Below, piece after piece: positions 18,012 to 26,413 of a stretch of 64,000 nucleotides of DNA. Under the pieces are notes generated by a model. That model was not told the DNA's origin and did no database searches. It saw only the letters and a list, made by a program, of their open reading frames with translations. Source of the DNA: an uncultured Phascolarctobacterium sp. (GTDB taxonomy: Bacteria > Bacillota > Negativicutes > Acidaminococcales > Acidaminococcaceae); the NCBI RefSeq assembly GCF_905212365.1, contig NZ_CAJMEH010000002.1, positions 6,683 to 70,682 of the forward strand. Direction: 5' to 3'. The translations under genes were made by a program, and so were the position numbers. The stretch's first letter is position 1; each line of letters opens with the position of its first letter.

Positions 18012-19155
18012 TATCGGGCAGCACCTCCAGCCGCACCCTTACTGGCCCGGCCGTAGTAATATCTCCCTTGGCATAAGCTCTGAGCGTAAATTTACCGTTA
18101 GTACGCCGCATAGCGTTGCTGGTTTCAATCATCGTCGCCGCATCCATGTTGCCAACCTTGCCGGTCAACGGATCCGGCAACACGCCTGCTTCCACAGCAC
18201 GATGATTTACCTGAGTCAGGAAAGCCATAATAATATTTTCGTAGCTCTCCGGAACAGCATCTGCATACTCCTGGCTTAAAATCAAAGAGCCGTCGGGATA
18301 AATAAATTGATTCTCAAAAATTTCAATTTCACAAACGACTAATTCGCCCACAATGATATTCGCTACTGTGCGTATCCGGAAAAACAGATTGCCCTTGCTT
18401 TGGTCCAAAGCGTTGATAGCGTCCGTTACTATATTTTTAGAAATCCAGATAGCCTGCAAAGGCTGTTCCTCCTGCTGCACGCCCAAGCGTTGCAAGGCTA
18501 TCTCATTAGCATTTTGCAGCAACCAATTAACTTGCGCCACATTTTCCTCGTGCTTCAGGCCGCCGCGCATTACCCCGGCGTAAACTATCTCGCCGGCACG
18601 ATAATAAACCTGCCCCTCGCGCATATTGATAATACCCTTGCGCAAAGCGTCGGTAGTCTTTTCCAGATTTTCTATTTCGCCGGTAAGCTGCACTTTAGCG
18701 TCAGTTAAGCTTGCTACCTCCGCCTGAGCCTGACTGTACATCTCATTCATTTGCGCCAGTTTAGCGTCCATTGCGTCGTTTTCTCTGGTGCTTTCCTTAA
18801 TCTTCGCGTCCAGAATACTGATCTGCTGATTTTGTTCATCCACTTTATTTTTCGCCTCAGACAGCGCATCGGCCGCATCGGCCTTTTCTTCGTTCAACAG
18901 CTTTAATTCCTGCTGCAGCTTTTCCATACCGAACAACGCGGTACGCGCGCTTTGCGAAGCGATGGTCATTACGCCGATGGTCAGCACGGCAATCATGGTA
19001 CCGCTGATTACCGTCAGCAAAATAGAAGTATATTTGGGACGCAGGCCAAAAACGGACATTTTCTTTTTGCCGATTTTACTGCCCATTTTATCTGCAATAT
19101 ACGCGATCAACCCGCCGACGATGGCCATAATAATAATCATTCTGATGCCTACCAA
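18004..19155 (-). CDS. membrane-anchored coiled-coil protein, DUF3084-like
   Basis: N-terminal TM helices, a long coiled-coil (LQQELKLLNEEKADAADALSEAKNKVDEQNQ...) and a C-terminal globular domain. Confidence 0.35.
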   Translation of the reverse strand: MVGIRMIIIMAIVGGLIAYIADKMGSKIGKKKMSVFGLRPKYTSILLTVISGTMIAVLTIGVMTIASQSARTALFGMEKLQQELKLLNEEKADAADALSEAKNKVDEQNQQISILDAKIKESTRENDAMDAKLAQMNEMYSQAQAEVASLTDAKVQLTGEIENLEKTTDALRKGIINMREGQVYYRAGEIVYAGVMRGGLKHEENVAQVNWLLQNANEIALQRLGVQQEEQPLQAIWISKNIVTDAINALDQSKGNLFFRIRTVANIIVGELVVCEIEIFENQFIYPDGSLILSQEYADAVPESYENIIMAFLTQVNHRAVEAGVLPDPLTGKVGNMDAATMIETSNAMRRTNGKFTLRAYAKGDITTAGPVRVRLEVLPDNE

Positions 19156-19191
19156 ATAACCGCCTCCCTAAAATTATCGCACAGCTTTCGC

Positions 19192-20283
19192 TTATACGTT
19201 TTTCTTTTTCATCAAGTACAGTCCCGTAAACAGGCACAAAATATTAGGCAGCGCACAGGCCAGCAGCGGCGGCATTGCTCCGCCCTTCCCCAAGCCGGTG
19301 GTAAAGGTCATGATCGCGTAATAAATAAAAATTACGATGATACTGATGCCCAAACCAATGGACGAGCTGGTACGCTGCTTCTGCGTGCCTAAGCACGCGC
19401 CAATCATCGCGAAAAAGAAGCTGGCCAACGGAATATTGATACGCATAAATATTTCGCACCATTGCCTGTTGGTAGGCGTCTGCTGCTTTTCCAGCATGCC
19501 AATATATTCCCGCAGCTCGCGAATAGTCATCTCCTCCGGGTCCTTTTGCTCCCAGGATATCTGCTTGGGAGAAAAGTTCAGCGGAATGATTTGCTCCTTA
19601 AACTTCGCCGTGCTTTGCACGCCTTCCTCGTCGTCTAAAGCGAAAACATTGCCGTTGACAATGCGCCAGGTTCCGTTTTCCCAATAGCCCTCTCTGGCCG
19701 TTTGAATGCGGGATATTCTTCCCTTATTGAATTCTTCGATAGTGATATCGGTCATTTTGCCAAGCTTTTCGTCAAATTTATTGGCGTAGGTAACGCGCTG
19801 CGTATCTCCGCTGATAGTTTTGATGACGATATGGCTTTGGGTAGACGGTCTGCTGTTATGCCTGATTTCTTCATTAAGTATTCTCGAAGCCTCCGCCTTA
19901 GAGGCAGGCACTACCTTTTCCGCCCACACCATAGAAAACATGCTGACGATAAAGCCAACCACCAGCACCGGCGCTACAATGCGGTAATAGCTGACGCCGC
20001 CGGCCTTCATAGCCACAATCTCACTGCTGCCGGACAGCTTGCCAAAAGCCATCAGCGCAGCCAGCAGCATGGACATCGGGAAGGTATAATTGATAATCTC
20101 CGGCAAATTATACATGAATAAACGCCCTACGGTTTCCAGAGAAGCGCCGTAACGAGTCATGTACTGAGTAATTTTAAACAGCATGGTGCTGGCAATAAAA
20201 ATACTGGAGAAAGCGGCGATACCGAAAACGAAGGGATACAGCAGTTCCCTTAATACATAACGGTCTAATAAACGTAAACCCAC
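19192..20283 (-). CDS. lptG: LPS export ABC transporter permease, LptF/LptG family
   Basis: MGLRLLDRYVLRELLYPFVFGIAAFSSIF is the conserved LptF/G N-terminus. 6 TM helices plus a periplasmic beta-jellyroll. Confidence 0.8.
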   Translation of the reverse strand: MGLRLLDRYVLRELLYPFVFGIAAFSSIFIASTMLFKITQYMTRYGASLETVGRLFMYNLPEIINYTFPMSMLLAALMAFGKLSGSSEIVAMKAGGVSYYRIVAPVLVVGFIVSMFSMVWAEKVVPASKAEASRILNEEIRHNSRPSTQSHIVIKTISGDTQRVTYANKFDEKLGKMTDITIEEFNKGRISRIQTAREGYWENGTWRIVNGNVFALDDEEGVQSTAKFKEQIIPLNFSPKQISWEQKDPEEMTIRELREYIGMLEKQQTPTNRQWCEIFMRINIPLASFFFAMIGACLGTQKQRTSSSIGLGISIIVIFIYYAIMTFTTGLGKGGAMPPLLACALPNILCLFTGLYLMKKKNV

Positions 20284-20294
20284 TTTTCTTCCTC

Positions 20295-21014
20295 CTACAT
20301 ACTAAAATTATCGCCAAGGTAATACTTTCTGGCAATAGGATCGTTGGCGATAGTTTTACTGTCGCCGTGCAGCAAAATCTTGCCTTCTGCCAGAATATAG
20401 GCCTTATTGACAATGCTCAGCGTTTCGCGCACATTATGATCCGTAATTAATACGCCAATGCCGCGCTGCGCTAAATGAGCGATCATGCCCTGAATATCGG
20501 CAACCGCGATGGGGTCGATACCGGCGAAAGGCTCGTCCAGCAAAATAAAGGCCGGATCGGTAGCCAAAGCGCGGGCAATTTCCACGCGGCGGCGCTCGCC
20601 GCCTGACAGCGCTTTACCCTCGCTTTTACGCACATGGTTTAAACGAAATTCGTCCAGCAAAGCGTTCATCTTTTCCTCACGCTCGGCCGCAGCCAGGGAT
20701 GTGGTTTCCAAAATCGCCATAATATTGTCTTCTACCGTCATTTTGCTGAAAATAGAAGCTTCCTGAGGCAAATAACCAATACCGTTGCGAGCCCGCTCAT
20801 ACATGGGCATACCGGAAATATCCCTGCCGTCCAGGGTAACTTTACCGGAATCAGGCTTTTCAATACCGACAATCATGTAGAAGGTCGTCGTCTTGCCCGC
20901 GCCGTTAGGCCCTAAAAGCCCCACTACGCTGCCCTGCTCCACGCTTATGCTGACGCCGTCAACTACATGGCGTCCTGAATATATCTTGACAAGATTATCT
21001 GTTTTAATAACCAA
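20295..21014 (-). CDS. lptB: LPS export ABC transporter ATP-binding protein LptB
   Basis: Walker [10 protein letters not shown], signature LSGGERRR, Walker [12 protein letters not shown]. 239 aa, typical of LptB. Confidence 0.9.
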   Translation of the reverse strand: MVIKTDNLVKIYSGRHVVDGVSISVEQGSVVGLLGPNGAGKTTTFYMIVGIEKPDSGKVTLDGRDISGMPMYERARNGIGYLPQEASIFSKMTVEDNIMAILETTSLAAAEREEKMNALLDEFRLNHVRKSEGKALSGGERRRVEIARALATDPAFILLDEPFAGIDPIAVADIQGMIAHLAQRGIGVLITDHNVRETLSIVNKAYILAEGKILLHGDSKTIANDPIARKYYLGDNFSM

Positions 21015-21032
21015 GCTTGTGCCCTCCGTTAA

Positions 21033-21797
21033 TTAAGCTGTGGCCTGCTCGCCCTGCTGCTCCTTACCGGGAACAGCAGGCTGCTTTTCCGGAATGTAAT
21101 GAATTTTTACATTGCCGTCGGCAACGGCTACATTGGTATTGGTCAGACGCAGCTTATCTCCGGCTACAGAATTACCGTTCTGCATAGCCTTGGCGTTGCC
21201 AATAAGCTCCACATAACCGCTGTTATCCGTTTTATAAACTGCACTGTCAGAAGAAGCCTTCAGGTCGCGGGCCGGGCTGTCAATATCAACGCCGCCGTAA
21301 GCGTTGGCTACGCCCTGCGCCATATCGTAATCTATTTTAGCCGCATTCATTACGCTACCGTCAACATCGGTCAAGCGCGCCCAGCTGCCAATAGTTTCCG
21401 CAAACTGACGCTCCTTATAATAATCCACTCTATCGGCGCTGAGGCTCTTGCCCGCTTTAGTAATAACTGCGCCGCCTACAGCGGAAAGATCGTTTTCATT
21501 ATGAGCGATAAATTCATTGCAGACAATATGCGCATCCTCACGGTCGGCAATAACGTTGCCTATCAATGTGCCGCTTTTCGTTTTACTGTTAAATTTAGCA
21601 TAATCAGCCGTAGCCTTGCCGCCGTTTTGCAGTAAAACCACATGACCCTTGGCCTCGCCCTCGCCGGTCTGCAAATTATATTCCAGCTCGTCGGCCTGCA
21701 CGCTGAAATTATCCGCAGCAGCCAGGCAGGTAGCGCTCAGCCCCAGCGTCAACAGCGCGGCAGCAGCCGTCAGCAAAATTTTCTTAGTATAATTCAT
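21033..21797 (-). CDS. lptA: periplasmic LPS transport protein, LptA/OstA-N family
   Basis: Signal peptide followed by the repetitive beta-jellyroll pattern (GNV...ADxxxY). Positioned between lptC and lptB. Confidence 0.55.
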   Translation of the reverse strand: MNYTKKILLTAAAALLTLGLSATCLAAADNFSVQADELEYNLQTGEGEAKGHVVLLQNGGKATADYAKFNSKTKSGTLIGNVIADREDAHIVCNEFIAHNENDLSAVGGAVITKAGKSLSADRVDYYKERQFAETIGSWARLTDVDGSVMNAAKIDYDMAQGVANAYGGVDIDSPARDLKASSDSAVYKTDNSGYVELIGNAKAMQNGNSVAGDKLRLTNTNVAVADGNVKIHYIPEKQPAVPGKEQQGEQATA

Positions 21798-21798
21798 C

Positions 21799-22353
21799 TT
21801 ATTCGCCGCCTTTCACAACTTTAGCATTTCCTTTAAGCTTTACACTTTTAAACGCACTGGTAGTTACCGCCTTATCCGCAGTAGCAGTCCAAGCATCCTT
21901 CAGCATTTTTACATGCCCTTCGCCGGTTATCAGCTCCTGCGACTGTCTCCAGACAATTTTATCTGCGTAAAGCTCGCCGCCAGTATTCAGCACGGCCTTA
22001 ACATTTCCCTCCAAAGCAAAATCATTTTTATTGATTTCGGCATAGCCCTTTTCCGCTGCAATGTCCAAATAGCTACCGTCACTGCGGAAAACCTTGCCCT
22101 TGATGCCTTTAAGGTACGCCATATTTTTTTGCTTATCGTTGACTACCTCTTCTACCGTAAACTGCCACAGCTTTTTGCCGTCCTTTTCCCGCTGCAGGAC
22201 GCTGTTTTTCAAAGAAGCGTTCAGCTGCGCGCTAACGCCGTCGCCCACCTTAACGCTCACGGGCTTTTCGCCGCCCAGCATCAGCCAGGCGATTACAGCA
22301 CCGGCGATGAGGATGCCTGCAGCAATGGACAGGACTATCTTTTTATTTTTCAT
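21799..22353 (-). CDS. lptC: LPS export protein LptC
   Basis: 184 aa with a single N-terminal TM helix and a periplasmic domain. Conserved position upstream of lptA. Confidence 0.5.
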   Translation of the reverse strand: MKNKKIVLSIAAGILIAGAVIAWLMLGGEKPVSVKVGDGVSAQLNASLKNSVLQREKDGKKLWQFTVEEVVNDKQKNMAYLKGIKGKVFRSDGSYLDIAAEKGYAEINKNDFALEGNVKAVLNTGGELYADKIVWRQSQELITGEGHVKMLKDAWTATADKAVTTSAFKSVKLKGNAKVVKGGE

Positions 22354-23299
22354 CTGCTTCCTTTTCCTCCTCCGGCGGCGTATACGGCGTATTCCAGCGG
22401 TGCTGGAACCAAATCCAGTTATCGGGGTATTCCTTAATGATTTTTTCGACCTCCTGGGTCATCTTCAAGGTTACGTTATAATCGTCGGCCTTTTGGTCGC
22501 CGGTAAATTTATAGCGAATCGGGTCGCGGACGATAGCCTGATGCCCATAGCCGTCAGGCTTACGAATAATAAAGATAGGAATAATCGGCGCTTTAAACTT
22601 GCGGGCAAAATAAGCGGGGCCCGTAGGCGTAGAAGCCATCTTGCCCAAAAAGGGTACGAAAATTCCGTCGTAGCCGCCGTCCTGGTCGGCAATCAGCCCC
22701 AGCATGCGGCCCTTTTTCATAGCGCGGGCACAGCCCAGTATTTCGCTGGTACCGCGTGAAAAAATTTCCTGCCCCACACCGGTGCGCAGCTCGTTCATAA
22801 AATCGCTGTACACTCTGTTGGGCTGGGGCTTTTCCACCGCGCTCAGCGGAAAGCCGTTCAGCGCCAGGCCTGCTCCCAGCCATTCCCAGTTATCCATATG
22901 GCAGGCCAGCATAACCACGCCGTGCCCCTCATGCACTGCATCCCACAGCACCTCAGGCCGGTCAAATGTTACTAAGCCACGGATATTATCACGATTCAGA
23001 GCCGGCATATATAAAATTTCCATAAAGGTAATGCCCAGCTTGATGAACAATGACTTAATCGTGGTCTGGGACTGCTCCTCGCTGTAGCCCAGACATTCGC
23101 GAATCGTCGCTTCCGCGCGCAGCCGCTGCTTTTTCGCAATCTTATGGTACAAATGGCCCATACCCTTGCCAATTACCACTACCGCTTTATAGGGCAGCCA
23201 GGACACTACCGTACTTATCGTTTTCAGTAAATAATACAACCACATTATTGTCGATCTCCTTGTCCGGCATGCAGATAAGCCGCCACCAAAGATTGCCAT
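22343..23299 (-). CDS. lpxL: lipid A biosynthesis late acyltransferase, LpxL/HtrB family
   Basis: The Lip_A_acyltrans layout (N-terminal TM helix, HxxxxD-type region MLACHMDNWE) matches, and there is clear paralogy to 35047..35937. Confidence 0.7.
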   Translation of the reverse strand: MAIFGGGLSACRTRRSTIMWLYYLLKTISTVVSWLPYKAVVVIGKGMGHLYHKIAKKQRLRAEATIRECLGYSEEQSQTTIKSLFIKLGITFMEILYMPALNRDNIRGLVTFDRPEVLWDAVHEGHGVVMLACHMDNWEWLGAGLALNGFPLSAVEKPQPNRVYSDFMNELRTGVGQEIFSRGTSEILGCARAMKKGRMLGLIADQDGGYDGIFVPFLGKMASTPTGPAYFARKFKAPIIPIFIIRKPDGYGHQAIVRDPIRYKFTGDQKADDYNVTLKMTQEVEKIIKEYPDNWIWFQHRWNTPYTPPEEEKEADEK

Positions 23300-23853
23300 T
23301 TCCCCTGCGCCCGCAGAATCAGCTCTGCCGCTTCACGAACTGCGCCGTTGCCGCCAAAAGCCAATGTAATATAGTCGGCGGCAGCGCAAACCTCGTTAAC
23401 GCCGTCATGGGGAGCAAGGCTCAGCCCTGCCGCTTTAAAAGCCGGCAAATCGTTCAAATCGTCCCCCATATAAGCGACCTGCTCCTGCCGCAGGTTCAAG
23501 AATTGCCGCAGCTGGCTTAAAGCTGCATACTTATCCTTCACGCCCTCGCATAGCAGTGTAATGCCCAGCTCCTCTGCGCGGCGGTGAATAATTTCACTTT
23601 TTCGTCCAGTAACAATAGCTACCTGCAGGCCGCTGCGCAGCGCGCAGCTGATGCCCAGACCATCCTTGGCGTTAAAGCCTTTAAAGACTTCGCCATTAGC
23701 TCCTATATTGATAGTACCGTCGGTCAGTACGCCGTCCACGTCCAGAGCCAGCAGCCGCAGCTTTGCCAGCCGCGGCTTCAATGTCGCCAAATAATCATGC
23801 TCTGCGCCCAGCCCATCCTGATACCAAGCCTGCCGTTGTGCCTGCTCAGCCAT
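23245..23853 (-). CDS. kdsC: 3-deoxy-D-manno-octulosonate 8-phosphate phosphatase KdsC (HAD family)
   Basis: LALDVDGVLTDG...VTGRKS...YMGDDLNDLP are HAD motifs I to IV of KdsC. The ORF 5' extension overlaps lpxL; the true start is probably internal. Confidence 0.85.
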   Translation of the reverse strand: MAEQAQRQAWYQDGLGAEHDYLATLKPRLAKLRLLALDVDGVLTDGTINIGANGEVFKGFNAKDGLGISCALRSGLQVAIVTGRKSEIIHRRAEELGITLLCEGVKDKYAALSQLRQFLNLRQEQVAYMGDDLNDLPAFKAAGLSLAPHDGVNEVCAAADYITLAFGGNGAVREAAELILRAQGKWQSLVAAYLHAGQGDRQ

Positions 23854-24839
23854 TATACCACTCCCTGCCTTACCAGGTCGGTCATATGCAGCAGACCGAT
23901 AACCTTACGCTGCTCGTCGATAACCGGCAGCACCGTAATCGGCTTGGGGCGGTTGCTTTCCATAAGATGCAACGCCTGCGCCGCCAGCTTATCCTGCGTA
24001 ATAGTTTTAGGATTAGCCGTCATCAGCTCCTTAACCGGACGCTGCAAGAAGCCCACGCCCTTGCTGAGCCCGCGGCGGATATCTCCGTCCGTCAGCACGC
24101 CCTGCATAATACCGTTTTCGTCCACCACGGACACAGCGCCCAAGCCCTTGTCCGTAATGACAAAGAGCGCGTCCTGCACCTTCGTATCGGCCAAAACCGT
24201 GGGGTTTTCTTCACCCTTATGCATAATATTGCCTACGGTCAGCAGCAGCTTGCGTCCCAGGCTGCCGCCCGGATGGAAAATAGCAAACTGGCTGGCCGTA
24301 AAATTATGCTTTTGCAGCAGCGCCAAGGCTAAAGCGTCGCCATAGGCCAGCGCCGCCGTCGTGCTGCTGGTAGGCGCCAACCCTAAGGGGCAGGCCTCTT
24401 TAGTAACGCCCACATTTAAAATAACGTCCGCATTGCGTCCCAACGTGGAATTGGCATTGCCCACCATAGCGATGATTTTCGCGCCAATACGGCGCAGGGA
24501 CGGCAGAATATTAAGCACCTCGCCCGTCTCGCCGCTGTTGGACAGAGCGATAACCACATCGTGACAGGTTACCATGCCCAAATCGCCGTGAATGCCTTCG
24601 GCAGGGTGCAGGTAAAAGGACGGCGTGCCGGTGCTGGCCAGCGTAGCCGCCATCTTGCGGCCAATCAAGCCGCTTTTGCCCATACCGGTAATTACCGTGC
24701 GGCCCTGACACTCCAAAATCAGGCTTACTGCCGCTGCAAAGTTTTTATCTATCCGAGGCACTAGCTCCAGCACGGCCTCCGCTTCCATGCGCAGAACCTC
24801 CTGCGCATGCTCCAGCATTGCTTCCATATCTGCCGCCAC
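23853..24839 (-). CDS. kdsD: arabinose-5-phosphate isomerase KdsD/KpsF (SIS plus tandem CBS domains)
   Basis: GRTVITGMGKSGLIGRKMAATLASTGTPSFYLHPAEGIHGDLGMV is the SIS domain of the KdsD family. C-terminal CBS pair. Confidence 0.9.
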   Translation of the reverse strand: MAADMEAMLEHAQEVLRMEAEAVLELVPRIDKNFAAAVSLILECQGRTVITGMGKSGLIGRKMAATLASTGTPSFYLHPAEGIHGDLGMVTCHDVVIALSNSGETGEVLNILPSLRRIGAKIIAMVGNANSTLGRNADVILNVGVTKEACPLGLAPTSSTTAALAYGDALALALLQKHNFTASQFAIFHPGGSLGRKLLLTVGNIMHKGEENPTVLADTKVQDALFVITDKGLGAVSVVDENGIMQGVLTDGDIRRGLSKGVGFLQRPVKELMTANPKTITQDKLAAQALHLMESNRPKPITVLPVIDEQRKVIGLLHMTDLVRQGVV

Positions 24840-24850
24840 CTTTCTACAGC

Positions 24851-25669
24851 TTAACCGCGCACAATTTTATCAATAGCGAGAACGTCGGCCAGCAGCTTTT
24901 CCAAAGCGTCCAAACGCACCATATTGGGTCCGTCGGACAAAGCCTCCGCCGGATTATCGTGTACCTCCAGGAACAGCGCATCGATGCCAACTGCCGCAGC
25001 GGCCCGCGCCATATGGGGCACATACTGGCTCTGACCGCCGCTGGACGTGCCCTGGCCGCCGGGAATTTGTACGCTATGGGTAGCGTCCATTACTACAGGA
25101 TAGCCCAGCTCGCGCATAATTGCCAGACCGCGCATATCCGTCACCAGCGTATTATAGCCGAAGCTGGCGCCGCGTTCCGTCAGCAGCAAATTACGATTGC
25201 CTGCTTCCTCCACCTTTTTTACGACATTCTTCATATCCCAAGGCGCAAGGAACTGCCCCTTTTTTACGTTGATTGTTCTGCCGGTTTTCGCAGCGGCCCA
25301 TACCAAATCGGTCTGACGGCACAGGAAAGCCGGAATTTGCAGAATATCAGCCACCTCGGCGGCCTTTTCTGCCTGCCAGGGCTCGTGGATATCCGTAACC
25401 ACAGGTACGCCCAAATCTGCCTTAATCTGCGCTAAAATTTTCAAGCCTTCGTCAATGCCGGGCCCGCGAAAGGAGGCATAGGAAGAACGGTTGGCTTTAT
25501 CAAATGAAGCCTTAAACACATAGGGAATCCCCAGCTTAGCACAAATAGCCTTCGTGCGCCGGCCAATCGTCAGGCTGCGCTCGTAGCCCTCCAAAACGCA
25601 GGGGCCGGCCATCAGCATCAGAGGATGACCCTGTCCTACCTCATAATTTCCAACTTTAACTATCTGCAT
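24851..25669 (-). CDS. kdsA: 3-deoxy-8-phosphooctulonate synthase KdsA
   Basis: [11 protein letters not shown]...[12 protein letters not shown]...[13 protein letters not shown] are conserved KdsA motifs. Confidence 0.95.
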   Translation of the reverse strand: MQIVKVGNYEVGQGHPLMLMAGPCVLEGYERSLTIGRRTKAICAKLGIPYVFKASFDKANRSSYASFRGPGIDEGLKILAQIKADLGVPVVTDIHEPWQAEKAAEVADILQIPAFLCRQTDLVWAAAKTGRTINVKKGQFLAPWDMKNVVKKVEEAGNRNLLLTERGASFGYNTLVTDMRGLAIMRELGYPVVMDATHSVQIPGGQGTSSGGQSQYVPHMARAAAAVGIDALFLEVHDNPAEALSDGPNMVRLDALEKLLADVLAIDKIVRG

Positions 25670-25681
25670 AGTCAGCCTCCT

Positions 25682-26413
25682 TTATTTATTCATTTTAGCA
25701 AACAGCTCGTTGACTGCCGCCAAATCCTCCGGCGTATCTACGCCGATACCTTGAAAATCGCTTTCCAAAACCTTAATTTTATAACCGTTTTCCAACGCGC
25801 GCAGCTGCTCCAGGCTTTCCGCTCTTTCCAGCGGCGTCGGCGTCAAGGCGGCATATTTCAGCAAAAAGCTGCGGCGGTAGGCGTAAACGCCCACATGCTT
25901 AAAGACCTTGAAATCCTCCGGCTTTTTGCGGGGATAGGGCAGCAGGCTGCGAGAAAAATACAGCGCATAGCCGTTTAAATCGGTAACAACCTTAACGGCG
26001 GCCGGATTATCATATTCCTCCTCGCGCATAACAGTTTTCAAGGTTGCCATCTGCAAATTTTCATCAGCAAAAGCTTCCGCTAAACGGTCGATGACCTCCG
26101 GCGGCAGCATGGGCTCGTCACCCTGTACATTAACGATAACGTCGGCGTCAGGATAGCTCAGCACCACCTCGGCCAAACGGTCGGTACCGCTTGGATGGTC
26201 GGGAGAGGTCATCATAACCTTACCGCCGAAGCTTTCCACAGCCTTTTGCACCAGCTCGTTATCCGTAGCCACCACTACCTCGTCCGGCAGCGTGGCCTGA
26301 CAAGCGCGCTCATAAACGCGCTGAATCATCGGCTTACCGGCAATCAAAGACAAGGGCTTGCCCGGCAGCCGGGTCGAAGCGTAACGGGCGGGAATGACAC
26401 ATAACACCTTCAT
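25682..26413 (-). CDS. kdsB: 3-deoxy-manno-octulosonate cytidylyltransferase KdsB
   Basis: VIPARYASTRLPGKPL...VNVQGDEP is the KdsB signature. Confidence 0.95.
   Translation of the reverse strand: MKVLCVIPARYASTRLPGKPLSLIAGKPMIQRVYERACQATLPDEVVVATDNELVQKAVESFGGKVMMTSPDHPSGTDRLAEVVLSYPDADVIVNVQGDEPMLPPEVIDRLAEAFADENLQMATLKTVMREEEYDNPAAVKVVTDLNGYALYFSRSLLPYPRKKPEDFKVFKHVGVYAYRRSFLLKYAALTPTPLERAESLEQLRALENGYKIKVLESDFQGIGVDTPEDLAAVNELFAKMNK

Noticed and set aside
23245-23299. 55-nt overlap between the kdsC ORF start and the end of lpxL, considered as a possible programmed overlap.
   Set aside because: The overlapping N-terminal extension (MAEQAQRQAWYQDGLGAEHDY...) precedes the conserved HAD motif I and is unlike other KdsC N-termini. 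Most likely the true start is an internal codon and the overlap is an ORF-calling artefact.
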